A stretch of DNA of 64,000 bases from Zootoca vivipara (taxonomy: Eukaryota), in assembly GCF_963506605.1 (NCBI RefSeq), contig NC_083276.1, positions 18,600,001 to 18,664,000 of the forward strand, written 5' to 3'. The position numbers and the translations under genes are program-made. Below are positions 1 through 13,219 of the stretch, in pieces. The notes beneath the pieces were generated by a model. The model saw only the letters and a program-made list of their open reading frames with translations. It had not been told where the DNA came from and made no database searches. The stretch's first letter is position 1, and each line of letters opens with the position of its first letter.

Positions 1-151
1 CTTTCTGCCAGAGATAACTTAGTTATCTACTTGTTAGGAGCTGGGACCAAAACACAGGAGCTCACCCCATCGTGGGGATTTAAACCACAAACCATTTCAC
101 TGGCAAGCCCAAGCGGCACAGTGATTTAACCCACAGCGCCACCCGCATCCC
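1..151 (-). mobile_element. Sauria SINE, 5' part
   Basis: Matches the tRNA-like head of the fuller copy at 42408-42755. Confidence 0.8.
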
Positions 152-223
152 TTCTTGAACAGTAGTTTCTTAATTTTTAGAAATAAAAATAAATGCATTA
201 GTCCCGTCAATGTGTTCTAATTG

Positions 224-450
224 CAGTGGTACCTCGGGTTAAGAACTTAATTTGTTCGGGAAGTCCGTTCTTAACCTGAAACTGTTCTTAACCTGAGGTA
301 CCACTTTAGCTATGGGGCCTCCCACTGTGGCGCAATTTCTGTTCTCATCCCGAGGTAAAGTTCTTAACCCGAGGTACTACTTCCGAGTTAGCGGAGTCTG
401 TAACCTGAAGTGTCTGTAACCTGAAGCGTCTGTTACCCAAGGTACCACCG
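224..450. mobile_element. Tc1/mariner (Tigger-like) MITE
   Basis: TIRs CAGTGGTACCTCGG / CCAAGGTACCACCG followed by TA, with internal TAACCTGAAG repeats. Confidence 0.8.
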
Positions 451-759
451 TATTCTCATTTTCCATTTTTCTGTGGGGGAAAAACCCCAAATGCACTCAG
501 TGGCATTTCTGATTTGCAGAACTGTGCAATTGCACAGGTCAAAATGACTGTGTAGCCTTCAAGTGACCTCATCTGCTTTTGGGATCATTTGAATACTCAG
601 TATAGAAGTCCCAAAAGAAATGTAGTAAATAAAAGTGCTGTAGGAAAGCCTGCGCCAGCTCCATTCTAACAATAATTCTGCCAAAAAACAAAAGTTGACA
701 CTATGAAGATGCACACTGCAATGCAGATCTTTCACACAGATCTTTCATAAGTTAGCTGT

Positions 760-774
760 GTGTTGTTGTTGTTG

Positions 775-811
<37 letters not shown>

Positions 812-876
812 CATTTATTATTATTAATACCCGCCCATCTGGCTGGGTTTGCCCAGCCACTCTGGGTGGCTCCAGC
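760..876 (-). mobile_element. L2 LINE 3' tail with microsatellite
   Basis: Reverse complement of the GCCCAGAGTGGCTGGG..CAGCCAGATGGGCGGG tail plus a (TTA/TTG)n tract. Confidence 0.7.
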
Positions 877-877
877 A

Positions 878-1250
878 ATGTGATGCAGCAACCCCCCCCA
901 AAAAAGCTGATGCCCTTCTAGTCTGCATCAACAGAAGTATCGTGTCCAGATCAAGGGAAGTAATAATACCTCTCTATGCTGCCTTAGTCAGACCACACCT
1001 GCAATACTGTGCCCAGTTCTGGGCACCACAATTTAAGAGGGATGGGATATGTGCAGAGGAGGGCAGCCAAGATGATCAAGGGTCTGGAAACCAAACCTTA
1101 TGAGGAATGGAATGCTTGAGGGAGCTGGTTGTGTTTAGCCTGGATAAGAGGAGACTGGGAGGAGATATTATAGCCATTTTCAAATCTCTAAAGGGTTGTC
1201 TCACATGGAGCAAGCTTGTTTTCTTCTGCTCTGGAGGGTAGGATCTGAGC
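878..1250 (+). mobile_element. CR1 LINE ORF2 3' fragment
   Basis: Translates [35 protein letters not shown], the CR1 RT C-terminal motif. Degenerate. Confidence 0.85.
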
Positions 1251-2942
1251 CAATGGCGGGGGGAGTGCTGAACTTTGGCCTCGCACAAAGTGCTGCGGAA
1301 ATTTGAGTGATCTGCCATCTGCCGCAGATGTTTTAGTTGAGATTCCTGCACTGCAGGGAGTTGGACTAGATAACCGCCAGGATCCTTTCCGACTCTGCAC
1401 TTCTGTCATTCTATGTGGCATGGCCCAAAGTGACTTGCAGAAGTACTTGCTGAAGAGGACCATAGAAACTGTGGGGTGCCCACTAGAGTATTCTCAGGAA
1501 CACAGGAAACTGCCTTATCTATTGGCCCATCTCCACGATTTCAGAGAGGGCTCTTTTCCAGGCCTACCTGGAGATGCCAGGGGTTAGTGGCTTGGTGTTG
1601 GGGCTGTTGTTGTTGGTAGGAATGCTGGCTGGTTCCTGTGCCTTCTGGCCTCTGTGAGGCAACTGCTGGGCTCTGGAGTTACTGAGCTTCCATCCCCTGT
1701 GCCCATCATCAAGCCTCTAATCCACCTTGCCTGGGAAAGGGCCTATTCCTATGGCCTTGCTGAGGGAAACACAGCAACATAGGAGCATAGGAAGCTGCCT
1801 TATCTTGAGTTAGACCCTTGGTTCATCCAGTTCAGTATTTTCTATACTGCGTGGCTGGCAGTGGCTCTCCGTGGTTTCAGGCAGCAAGTCTCTCCCAGAG
1901 ATTGAATCTGGGACTTTCTGCGCACAAGCTCTACCACTGAGCTTTGGGCACCCCCCAAGAATTGTGGGATACTTTGGCCGTGCAATTCAGCGACAGATGC
2001 ACTGTGCACTCTAGGAACAAAACCTTTCTGGGAATGCACACAACACCAGTCGTTGACAACTGTGGTGAGCACTACCTGTGAGCCAGCCATGCCTCGTTAA
2101 ACTCAGAGCGATCAAGGCTTGAGTTGGAAGTGGTCCTGTTTGCCACCACACGCTGTGTGTTCTCTGGATTCACTCTTACAATAAAATAGACTTTGCGGCT
2201 ACTCTCTGGTGTTTGGTTGTGGTGTAGTGGTGTCAGAGCCCCTGTGATAGATGGCTTTGAGGTTCGGCTGCAGACCTCAGTAAAATCAAACAGCATCGCT
2301 ATTTGTGTGTGTGGGGGGGTTATTTCCCCCCTCTCCCCTCCCCTTTTCAAGGAAAGAACGTCATTTTTTTTAAAGAGTTCCAAAATGCACAGGAATCCGT
2401 TTATATTAAAAATGCAGCATAATTGCCTAATTACAGTATTTGCATCATGCTACACAGATTGGCTGGGTTATTTCAAATTGTTTTAGAGTCAGAATGGCAG
2501 CGGGCCTGGAGTCTTCCTAAAGCGCTCGGCACATGTGTGGTTGCATAATGAAACATCGCAAATTTTACCCTGCAATTGTGCTTGCTTTAGCCTCGCCTAA
2601 GTGCTACATTAAGAGCATCAGATTACCGAATTTATCCAAAACACTTACAAATACAGAACTAGCTCCCCACCACCACCGCCACATCGCACCACTGCCAACT
2701 CTCATCCACAAATTAAGTCCCTAAAGATACTTTTCAAAAAATCATTAACTGCACTGAAGCAATAAATATTTCCTTTTTTCCAGTTCCTCAACCGTTTTGC
2801 ATGAGGAGGAAGCCCGTGCGGGGTTTTATCAGTTAATTTACACCAGTATTGTCTCTTGTGTAAGTAGGCAATGCAAACACTTGTCTTTTATTTCATTGCT
2901 TTGAAAGCTGCTTTTCCTGACACAGAGACAGAGAGATGGACA

Positions 2943-2944
<2 letters not shown>

Positions 2945-2988
<44 letters not shown>
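2945..2988. repeat. (CA)n microsatellite
   Basis: Directly visible. Confidence 0.95.
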
Positions 2989-2991
<3 letters not shown>

Positions 2992-3433
2992 CAGAGTGAT
3001 CACTACAACACAAATTGGGCATTGGAGATGTAGCCCAGACTTCTTTGCTATCATCCCTGATTGCCCTGTGGGATGAGAAGTGGCCAATTTAAAGCATGAA
3101 TATAGTCTGGGGATACATGAATCGTGAATCAAATTTCATGTATGGAAAGGAACAATCATTCAAAAAGGCAGAAAATGCAGTCATCTGCTTTTTAAAGTTG
3201 GAAGGGAAGTCTGTAATAGACAAAAACAAGGAGATTAAAATACCTGGAGTATAGTACCTGGACATTATATAGTCTTTGCTTCTGGCTTTCCTTTTTGTTT
3301 TGTTTTTTAATTGGGCTGGAAAGGGTTACTTCATTATGCAGCAAATTAGAAAATTCATAATTTATCATTGCACCCAGTCGAAATGCCACCCAACTGAGTC
3401 GCACCCCTGCGAAAACCATCACATAGTAACAAA

Positions 3434-3917
3434 NNNNNNNNNNNNNNNNNNNNNNNNNNNNNNNNNNNNNNNNNNNNNNNNNNNNNNNNNNNNNNNNNNN
3501 NNNNNNNNNNNNNNNNNNNNNNNNNNNNNNNNNNNNNNNNNNNNNNNNNNNNNNNNNNNNNNNNNNNNNNNNNNNNNNNNNNNNNNNNNNNNNNNNNNNN
3601 NNNNNNNNNNNNNNNNNNNNNNNNNNNNNNNNNNNNNNNNNNNNNNNNNNNNNNNNNNNNNNNNNNNNNNNNNNNNNGTGCCCAAAACGTAATGAAGAGC
3701 GCGTGCCCTGAATCTTCAGAAAGATCAGAGGCACCAGNNNNNNNNNNNNNNNNNNNNNNNNNNNNNNNNNNNNNNNNNNNNNNNNNNNNNNNNNNNNNNN
3801 NNNNNNNNNNNNNNNNNNNNNNNNNNNNNNNNNNNNNNNNNNNNNNNNNNNNNNNNNNNNNNNNNNNNNNNNNNNNNNNNNNNNNNNNNNNNNNNNNNNN
3901 NNNNNNNNNNNNNNNNN
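3434..3917. other. Assembly gaps (3434-3677, 3738-3917; others at 44215-44351, 48384-48516, 52277-52528)
   Basis: Runs of N. Confidence 0.99.
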
Positions 3918-4975
3918 ATGCCATCTTGCTGTGGTTCAGCCTGGTCCCAGGGATACCAACTTGACAAAGGGGAGCCCTCCACTCCGCGGCTAATGGATGC
4001 CACATGACAGACCACAATACCCAAGAGGGACAATCTTTTAGGACCAGTCTCAATGGCCGTCCATTAATCTTGGTTCTGCAGTGCTCTGGTGTCCATGGGA
4101 ACAAGGGCATTATCATAAACACTGATTTTAAATTTCCCCATTAGGGACTGCAAGACAGACAAGAGTTGCTTGGGGTGATGAGCCTGGAAGCAGGGGTGGG
4201 GGGTGGAACGGGACAAGAGAATGGCCACTGTTAGCTTGTAGATATATGGGAGCCAGCCTCACCCAGGAGTGGGTGGTATAGGCAGGATTTCCCCTCCCCT
4301 GGCAAGATATCACATAGGGCCCACAAAGAAAGAAATAGCTCTAAGTGTGTCTGTGGAACTCTGACTATTCCTTTCCTCTGTTTTTGGAGAGAGGGGGGGG
4401 GAGGAAATCTGTCTGGCCCTGCCGGGTTGAGATAATTTACCATAAGAAAGCAAAAAAGGGAAAATAACCCCAGGTACTCTCCATGCAGACCAAATCGAAC
4501 CTGCTGTGAGCTTATTATTACTTAAAAACTGGCATGTAAGTGGAAATGACTGACTCCCTGTCATTATCCCTATTTACCAGGATGATAAACCCCGAGCAGA
4601 TGAGAAGGCAAAATTACAAAACATCAGTTCTGGCGCTCAGAGGCTACTTCAAGGAGCTCAAGGCAGGCTGTGTTTTCTAAAGCATCCTCTCTGAATTCAA
4701 GTCCCCAAATTTCCTGATGCCTTGACAGGACCATTTGGCTGCATAGACAAATTGTCACCTTTTAAACCAGGAAATCTCTCTCTCTCTCTCTAACACAAAA
4801 CTCCACCACTTTCTCCCCCTAATCCTCCAATTTCTCTACATGCACAGAAAAGAGACAGTAGCAGAATATTTGAAAATATTGCCTCTTGCCGCCTGGTCTA
4901 CATACTTAAATATGGATGTGGGAAGCTGATGTCTTGATATATGGAGGATAGGGTGGTGGCGAGTGTGGAATGGCT

Positions 4976-5721
4976 CATGGGCATAGGCAGGGGGGCAGGA
5001 GGGGGCAACTGCCCCCCCTAGAAGCAGGGCCGCTGGCCAGCCTGCCCCGCTGCCCGCCCGGTGCCGTCTCCCTTCTCCCTGGCTGGCTGTGGGGCGGGCG
5101 GAGGAAAAGCCAGGCAACCGCTTTGCGCGGCTCTGGGGCTTTCCCTCCACCTGCCCCGGCGATTGCAGAGGGGGAGGAGGGGATCGGAGCAGCCCGATTT
5201 CAGGCTGATCCTGGCTCCCCCTGGCCCCTGCCAATCGCGGAGGGGGAGGAGGGAGTCGGAGCAGCCTGATTTCAGGCTGATCCTGGCTCCCCCTGGCCCC
5301 TGCCGATCGCGGAGGGGGAGGAGAGAGTCGGAGCAGCCCAATTTCAGGCTGATCCTGGCTCCCCCTGGCCCCTGCCAATCGCGGAGGGGGAGGAGGGAGT
5401 CGGAGCAGCCTGATTTCAGGCTGATCCTGGCTCCCCCTGGCCCCTGCCGATCGCGGAGGGGGAGGAGGGAGTCGGAGCAGCCCGATTTCAGGCTGATCCT
5501 GGCTCCCCCTGGCCCCTGCCGATCGCGGAGGGGGAGGAGGGAGTCGGAGCAGCCCGAAATTGGGCTGCTCCGATCCCCTCCTCCCCCTCTGCGATCGCCG
5601 GGGCAGGAGGAGGGAAAGCTGGCAAGGGAGAAGGGAGCTTTCCTTGCCCCGCTGTGGCCCCTCCCCCGCCCCTTGGCCCCGCCCCTTGCCACCCCTGATT
5701 TTCATCCTGGCTACGCCCCTG
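4976..5721 (-). mobile_element. Non-autonomous hAT element with internal 72-bp minisatellite
   Basis: Ends CATGGGCATA / TACGCCCCTG. Exact 8-bp TSD GAATGGCT (4968-4975, 5722-5729). 72-bp units start at 5161, 5233, 5305, 5377, 5449 and 5521. Confidence 0.88.
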
Positions 5722-6167
5722 GAATGGCTCTTCGCTCTGATCCAAATCATGTCTCTTCAGAACTTCCCTTTCCTGGATGTTGTTTTAATGCAGAAATAGG
5801 AGCGGCTGTGCTTTGGCCCCACCTCTTGGTCCAACTCTATGCAAGTTTACTCAGAAGTAGGCACTGCCGAATGCATTAGGAGTCACTGCTACAGAAGGGT
5901 GCAGAGGAGGTCACTCTCTGTCTCACTTTCTGCAGGATTAATTCACGCCATGGGCATGGCACAGATGATACTCTGAAACAAATGCTCTTTTCTGTGAGCC
6001 TCTGAAAAGAACCACTTAGGAAGCTCATTTGGATACCATTAGAACTCTCAAAGCACAGCCCAAAATTTCCATTTCATTTTGAAGGAATTAAAAAAAAAAA
6101 TAATCTACAGGATCAACGTTTCCCAACTAAAGACCTAGCTGCCTGGGTGGATGGCTCATTCTAAATC

Positions 6168-6168
6168 C

Positions 6169-6219
<51 letters not shown>

Positions 6220-6522
6220 TTATTATTGGGTGGCTTCTAACCGAATATTAAAAACAGTACAGCATCAAACATTAAAAACTTCCCTAAACAGGAATCAGTT
6301 GTCTTCTAAAAGTAAAATAGTTGCTTATTGCCTTGACATCTGCTGGGAGGGCGTGCCACAGGGCGGGTGCCACTACCGAGAAGGCCCTCTGTCTGGTTCC
6401 CTGTAACCTCACTTCTCGCAATGAAGGAACCGCCAGAAGGCCCTCGGTGCTGGATCTCAGTATCCGGGCTGAATGATGGGGGTGGAGACGCTCCTTCAGG
6501 TATACAGGACCGAAGCCGTTTA
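6168..6522 (-). mobile_element. L2 LINE 3' fragment with (AAT)n tail
   Basis: Reverse complement of the family at 11410 and 13220. Confidence 0.85.
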
Positions 6523-6634
6523 TAGACTTGTAGCATTGGAAGGAATCTCAAGGGTCATCTAATCCCCCCCCCCTCCTGCAATGCAGAATCCTGCCCACAG
6601 CCATCCCTGGTTGGGCTCAAATCCCCAACCTCTT

Positions 6635-6722
6635 GGTATTCCCAGGCATTCTCCCATCCAAGTACTAACCGGGCCTGGCCCTGTTTAGCTTCCGAGATCA
6701 GACGAGATTGGGCTTATTCAGG
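6635..6722 (-). pseudogene. 5S rRNA-derived fragment (pseudogene or SINE3 head)
   Basis: Minus strand reads CCTGAA..GCCCAATCTCGTCTGATCTCGGAAGCTAAACAGGGCCAGGCCCGGTTAGTACTTGGATGGGAGAATGCCTGGGAATACC, which is vertebrate 5S with substitutions and degenerate ends. Confidence 0.88.
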
Positions 6723-7204
6723 TTAGTTATGTGCACAGACATTCAGGGTCAAACTGGTTGTGAAAACAGCAGGCACTTCTACTCATCTGCACACTTGTTT
6801 CTGAGGCTGTGTGTGCTTCACATGGCTCTCCTCCCGCTCATCCTAGGAACAGTAGTTTTTTTTAAAGGCTGTTTGGAATTGTGGTTCTGTTCCCAGGATT
6901 CTTTTTTACAGCCTGAGTCATGTAGAATTTGTGAGGGGAAAGGCCACAGCTCAGTGGCAGAGTGCACACTTTTGTCTTCCCATTGAAATCAACTGATTGC
7001 CTGCCTCCCCCCCAAAAAAACTGCTCACCTTTGGCTGGGTTGCATCCAGTGGTGGTGGTGGTGGTGGTGGTGGTGTGGGGGGGGGGGCTTTAATTTTCAG
7101 ACAAACCAAAGTTCAGACAAACAACCAAAGGTTCAGTAAGTTCCCACCATCACCCGAAAAAGTCATCGAAGGAATTAATACTCAGTTAATTATTTGGATG
7201 TACA

Positions 7205-7480
7205 TGTTGTTGTTGTTGTTTAGTCGTTTAGTCGTGTCCGACTCTTCGTGACCCCATGGACCAGAGCACGCCTGGCACTCCTGTCTTGCACTGCCTCCCG
7301 CAGTTTGGTCAGACTCATGTTGGTAGCTTCGAGAACACTGTCCAACCATCTCGTCCTCTGTCGTCCCCTTCTCCTAGTGCCCTCCATCTTTCCCAACATC
7401 AGGGTCTTTTCCAAGGATTCTTCTCTTCTCATGAGGTGGCCAAAGTATTGGAGCCTCAGCTTCACGATCTGTCCTTCCAG
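7205..7480 (-). mobile_element. RTE-BovB LINE 3' end
   Basis: KLRLQYFGHLMRREESLEKTLMLGKMEG..RRRGRQRTRWLD..GVTKSRTRLND* followed by a (CAA)n tail. Confidence 0.92.
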
Positions 7481-8369
7481 TGATGTACATAGATGCTTAT
7501 TATTTGTCTATTTGAAATGCATAGCCTGACCTTCCTCCCCCCACCCCCCCAGGGTGGTTTAAACAATTAAAAACAATTTAAAAATTAAAAACAATTTAAA
7601 ATAGCACTATGTCACATATTGCTGATAGCAGTTAAAACCAGCGGCGTTACAAGTTCATAAGACTATTAGCCCAATGCCTGGATGATTTTGGTGTTGTTGT
7701 TTTTAATGTCACTACATGTTTTCAGAATGCAGGGAAAGGGCAGAGAGGGGAAGAGAGCTGCTTTATTCCCCTTGGGAGGCAGTTCCATAAATGGTGTGCT
7801 GCCACCAAGAATGTCCTGCCTGTTCAGTCCTTGCCTGGGGGGGTGGCAGAAAACCAAATCGGGATGGAGGAGGAATTCCATGCAATCTGCATTTGTAAAA
7901 GCAACCCTACCCAAATCATGTTTTCTGAAATCACACAAGAACTGAAACACAGCTTTCTTTGAAATTTGCAATTTTCCAGATTGTGCAGTGCAGTTCTCCA
8001 GCCAACCAACATATATAAAAAATGCACAGACTGTGATAAAGTGTGACTAAAATGCACTGCATTAGTGCAAATTACATGCAGAAATGCATTACATTAGACA
8101 AAAACTGCTTTGTACCATTTTGTGCATTGGTCAATACCGCATGCAAAATGTTTATATTAGGAGAAATTCACACTAAGATGCTGGTTCATTTTCATCAGGA
8201 CTTTTTTTTTTTAGTAAGAAAGAATAAATGTGGAGAACTGAACTTAAGATTTGAAAAATAAGAAACTGAGAGGAAGTGAACTGGGCAGATTCGCAAGCCC
8301 CTCAAAGCCAAAGGCAATGAGGTAGTCATAAGAGATATTTGATCAGACTGAAAAAGTGTAGGAGCAATA

Positions 8370-8500
8370 ATAGAATAATAGAATTGTAGAGTAGGAAGGG
8401 ACCATGAGGGCCATCTAGTCAAACCCCATCTTTTGTCCAACGGGCTCAAACCCAAGACCCTGAGATTAGGAGTCTCATGTTCTATCAATTGAGCTACCCA
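8370..8500 (-). mobile_element. tRNA-derived SINE with CR1-like tail
   Basis: GGTAGCTCAATTGATAGAAC..GACTCCTAATCTCAGGGTC head and TTCCTACTCTACAATTCTA tail. A related copy lies at 17738-17865. Confidence 0.65.
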
Positions 8501-11404
8501 CCACCCCTTTGCTGCCTTGAATGGATAAATATCTCTTTTGACTGCCTCCTTTCTTTTTTGCTTTTCCTCTAGTTCCTTTGGGGGGGGGATTCCTAGATTT
8601 GTCGCATCCCATCTGAGAGATGCCAACTTGCAGGCTGGTCCAAGTTCTGCTTTCTGCCCTAATAATGCTAATGGGAGAGTTAAGCACCACCAAGAGTTAA
8701 GCACCTATATACTACTGCATATGCCTCTCTCCTATTGACATCAAAGGGATTTAGAAGTACTTAACTGGATCACTCCTACTGCGTTTGTGGGGGGGGGGGT
8801 CGGCAGGGAAGGGGGAGAGCCCTCAAACATTGCTCTTTTGTTGTCACATTCCTCCATTGTATCGAGTGGCGTATTATTCTGCTGGCAGAGACTGAAAACT
8901 GTATTTTTCCCAAGCACTGGTGTGCCTACCTTGTTCTTACATCTGAAATGGCATTACCTTGTCACGCGCGTACATTGATCTAGTTTGACTGTCATCCTCC
9001 CCCTTCCATTATTTAGGGTTATTACTTTTTTGTTATTATTTTTCACTCAACTCTGTAATTACTCTTAACTTTCAAGTTTATTTTGATCTCTTTGTTCATG
9101 GATTTAGGCTCCCCTCCCCCCCCTTCTTTCTCTTTGACAAAAGCATGTGGCTGTTGAGAATACAGCCATAATCATGCCTAATATTGTTCAATTAACAGTC
9201 ACTCATTTGTGACTATTAATTTGGTTTTCCTTTGAACCTCTTAATGCATGTGGATGTAACAAAGCGTTGCCAATCTGATTTTTTTTTTAAGGGTTCTCTC
9301 ACTTTAGTTTTCCCCAAAAGAAAGTTGCTGCTTGCCTCTTAGTTAAAGAATCCTTAAATTGTACCTGCAACAGGGATCAGACCTTAGTGTAGAGGTGAAA
9401 GCAGGCACCCGACTGGCTTAAAACACCATAATTTTATTGATAGCAGCTTAGAACGTGATAGCATCTTACTACTATTTAACTTTAAGAATTGCTCCAGGGT
9501 GGTGGCTGTTTGTCCTCTTCCCAACCCACCCATTTTTCCTTTTGTGCTGTGTCTTTTGGAAAAGTAAGTCTGCAGGCAAAAATTGTCTTGTTTTGTATTG
9601 ATTGCATGTAAGCCACTCTGAAAATCTTTTCAGCTGAATAACGGGGTGAAAAGGCTTGAAATAAATTAAACACCGTACTTCTCGACATAGGAAGGGAAAG
9701 GTTCTCCGGGTATGAGAGCCCAACAGTGATAAACTGCTGGGGGGATGGCTGGGGACAAAGCCTATGATAAGGCAGTCAATTGTTCACCCCTATCCAAAGT
9801 CAATCCAAAAACTGAGGTGGCCGCTTGTGTCCCGAATCCCTAGCTCCCATAACCATCACCACCCCATGAAGGCATGTCAGGCACAGCCAAACATCCCATA
9901 ATGAGCTGTTGCAACAGACAGCGCATATGGTAGGAAAGCATACAGTGTAGTTTTTAGGGCGGTTCCCTTGTTGCGAGAAGCCAAGTTGCGAGAAGCCAAG
10001 GTCTCCCTACATCTGAAACTTAATAAAGTTGTGACCAATTTTAATCCCATAGCACATTGTCTTGAGTCATTATTCCACTCGAGGGTCGCCTGGGGTTGGG
10101 GGGACTCCGCCTGTCTACACGAAGTCTGCAGAGTTGCTCTGATTTCCGGAACGTGGAGTGGCTGCATTTTGTGTGTGTGTTTTTGTTCTGCAAGCGAGGC
10201 TCAACCATACGCACCAATCGTACAGGCAAATGAAAGAGTAACATAAAAACGCACAGACAGCAACAGCAATACATGATCCCCTTGGTGCCATAGCTAGAGG
10301 CTTAATGAAAATATATCTGCAAGATACAAAACCACTTTAAAACAATTTTGCACCATTAATCACCTCTTTAATACCGAGTCTTATCTTATTAATTCCAGTC
10401 TAACTAAATGGAATTGCAAAGGTTTCCAGAGATTTCTTTTGTTAGATGCAGGTTGGAAAATCATTACATATGATTTGAACTTCTGCCTCTCACTCTGCAT
10501 TGTGGATTCTTTTGGGCTCAACCCTCTGGAATAGCCAGGACACGTAGCGATCTTCAAGTGGTGCCCCTTCTTTCCAATCTTTTCCTTCTTATTTTAAAAT
10601 CAGTATTACATTTCAGAATGTATTGAGAGAGCAAATTAAATAATACACATAGCTTTAATTTGTCTCTGATTTGGATTCTACAGGCACAAATCTGCCTTGG
10701 CTATCATCGTTATCATATTGTTTTATTACGACTCTTAAAATTAAAACCCATTCTTGTCTTTAAATGTTTTATTGTACTTGTCGTTCTTGTTTTGCATTGT
10801 GGGATCCGTGATTAATTTTGCCCGCCAAGTGCATATGGCTACCTGGCTATCATCCATTATCTTCATCACTGTTGCTTCAAAATGAGTACTTTATTATTAC
10901 TTTTTTTTCTCCAGCTTTTCAATTACCAGATGTGCTCTCACATTTCTCCACTCTGGAGGCACCTCCCTAGACTCAGACTTTTAAGGAACGTGCACAAAAC
11001 GCCCAATGTAAGTGAGCGAGGTCAAGGGGACCAACTTGTCCAAAGAGGATAGCACAAGAACGAAATCCAGAACAGCTATTTCAATACAATTAGTGGCTGT
11101 GGGAACAACACGAAAATGAACTGGAGTTGCTAAATAGTTTGACTTTGAGGTTCTGTCTGTCTGCTGCAGGGGTAGCCAACATGGTGTTTTCCTGGTATTT
11201 TGGACACCTCCCGTCATTCCCAGACATCACAGTCAAGGGTCAGTCCTTTGATGTGATGTTGGAGGGGTGTGTGTGTGTGTTCTTATATATTCTTCACTGT
11301 GTAGTAATATGAAATAACTTCTCACGTCCACCTCCTACATGTCAGGCTTAAAAACTAAAATTCTCACTCCACTCCCTTCCACCACATTGGTCAAAAATCT
11401 GTCC

Positions 11405-11792
11405 TGGTACGAGCACAATTCAAAGTGTTAGTGCTGATCTTTAAATCCCTAAACAGCCTTGGTCCAGTATACCTGAAGGAGCGTCTCCACCCCCATCGTT
11501 CTGCCCAGACACTGAGGTCCAGCGCCAAGGGCCTTCTGGCAGTTCCCTCGCTGCGAGAAGCCAAGTTACAGAAGCCAAGAACCAGGGAGAGGGCCTTCTC
11601 GGTAGTGGCACCCGCCCTCCCACCAGATGTCAAAGAGAAAAACAACTACCAGACTTTTAGAGGACATCTGAAGGCAGCCCTGTTTAGGGAAGCTTTTAAT
11701 GTTTAATAGATTACTGTGTTCTATTTTTCTGTTGGAAGCCGCCCAGAGTGGCTGGGGAGACCCAGCCAGATGGGCGGGGTATAAATAAATAA

Positions 11793-11840
<48 letters not shown>
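11405..11840 (+). mobile_element. L2 LINE 3' fragment
   Basis: RAQFKVLVLIFKSLNSLGPVYLKERL..RAFSVVAP with a (TTA)n tail. Confidence 0.88.
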
Positions 11841-13219
11841 TCTCATAAAGGGAAGTGATATTTCCCCCTGGTTATTTTGAACCAAGAAAATGTTGTGTGT
11901 TGTTTTTTTTTAAAGTCAGCACTGAATGACATGTTTAGTCTTTTTTGAAAAAGGAATAAAAATAAGGCTGCTCTCTTCAGCTGCATATATATTGAAACAG
12001 GAATAAAAATAAGGCTGCTCTCTTCAGAGAGAGAGAGAGAGAGACTGCTGCACCATGAGTTTAATGTGTGCATGACTTCCCCAAGGAATCCTGGGACCTA
12101 CAGTCTGCCCTTCAGAGATCTACAGTTCCTCGCACCCTTAACAAACTGCAATTCCCAGGATTCTTTGGGGGAAGTCACGTGCTTTGAATGTGATTTCCAT
12201 GTGTAGTGTGTACTCAGCTTTCTACTCTCCCATGGGCTTTGGCCATAGGTGGAACGGGACATTATTTTTACCTCTATAGGCAGGAGAATAAAATGGTCAA
12301 CCATTTTGGAAACCATCAGGGTTCCTTTTAGACTGACACGCCCTCTACCCTTGCACCTTACAATAGAAGAACAACGTCTATCTTAATGGCTACTAGCCCT
12401 CCAAGTTCAGAGGCAGTGTGCTCCTGGATGCCAACTGCTGGTGAGCAATGACAGGAGAGGGCTCTGGCCTTCGTGACCTGCTTGTGGGCTTCTCGGAGAA
12501 ACATCAGATTGGTCACTGTGAGGAAAAGGACGCTGGATTAGCTAGGCCTCTGGCCTCTTTTTATGTTCCTAATCTGCCCCTCATCGCTAAGCTGAAGCCA
12601 CAGGGGGTTGACTCTCCTAACTGAGCTAAATTAATGCTGAAGGTGACGGATCACTTTGGCTTATGGAGCACCCGAAAGCATGCTAATTCCGTGCAATATT
12701 CAGAAGCAGGTTGGAACTCAGCATTTGCTTACCGCTCTGAAACAAGCCCCCCAAATCCAGACCTTGCGAGACTTTGCTTGTCTTCTGCTCGGAAAGGTTA
12801 GGTGTTGCACGACAATGATGCGCAATGGCATGGTGGACTTGACTGAGTAAATCTAGCCTGACATTGTTATTTTCCATTTCTGTCAGGGAGAAATGACTAC
12901 CTGCGAAGTGGACATCTCTTCACTCCACCTTCCCCTTCCTGCTATCCCCCTTCACTTTTATGTCTTTCTGCCTGACACACATGCACGTGCAAGCCCAAAC
13001 ATTGTGCCCTCCCCCCCAAAAAAAAATCTCCTGCATTTTTATTCACCCTCAATTAATGAGAATAATGTATTGCGAACAGAAATTATTGAAAGGGGAGAGG
13101 GGGGGAACCAATGAAATTCTCATAGGCGGAGTTAGGGGTAATGAGGCACTTTCCTTACCATTGAAATGGCTGGGGGGTACGCTGGCTGAGACCTTACCTA
13201 CCTGCAGACTGTCTCGCCA

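Noticed and set aside
224-450. Short spaced repeats in MITEs resembling a CRISPR array
   Set aside because: Eukaryotic context; these are subterminal repeats within TIR-bounded elements with no unique regular spacers.
3192-4122. ORFs spanning N runs (also at 44.2, 48.4 and 52.3 kb)
   Set aside because: Artefacts of assembly gaps.
4836-5879. Long overlapping ORFs (224-304 aa) on both strands
   Set aside because: Produced by a stop-free 72-bp GC-rich minisatellite in a hAT MITE.
9388-10011. Possible minus-strand solo LTR (TGTAG..CTACA, AATAAA near the end)
   Set aside because: No matching TSD, and it contains an L2-like piece; not supportable.
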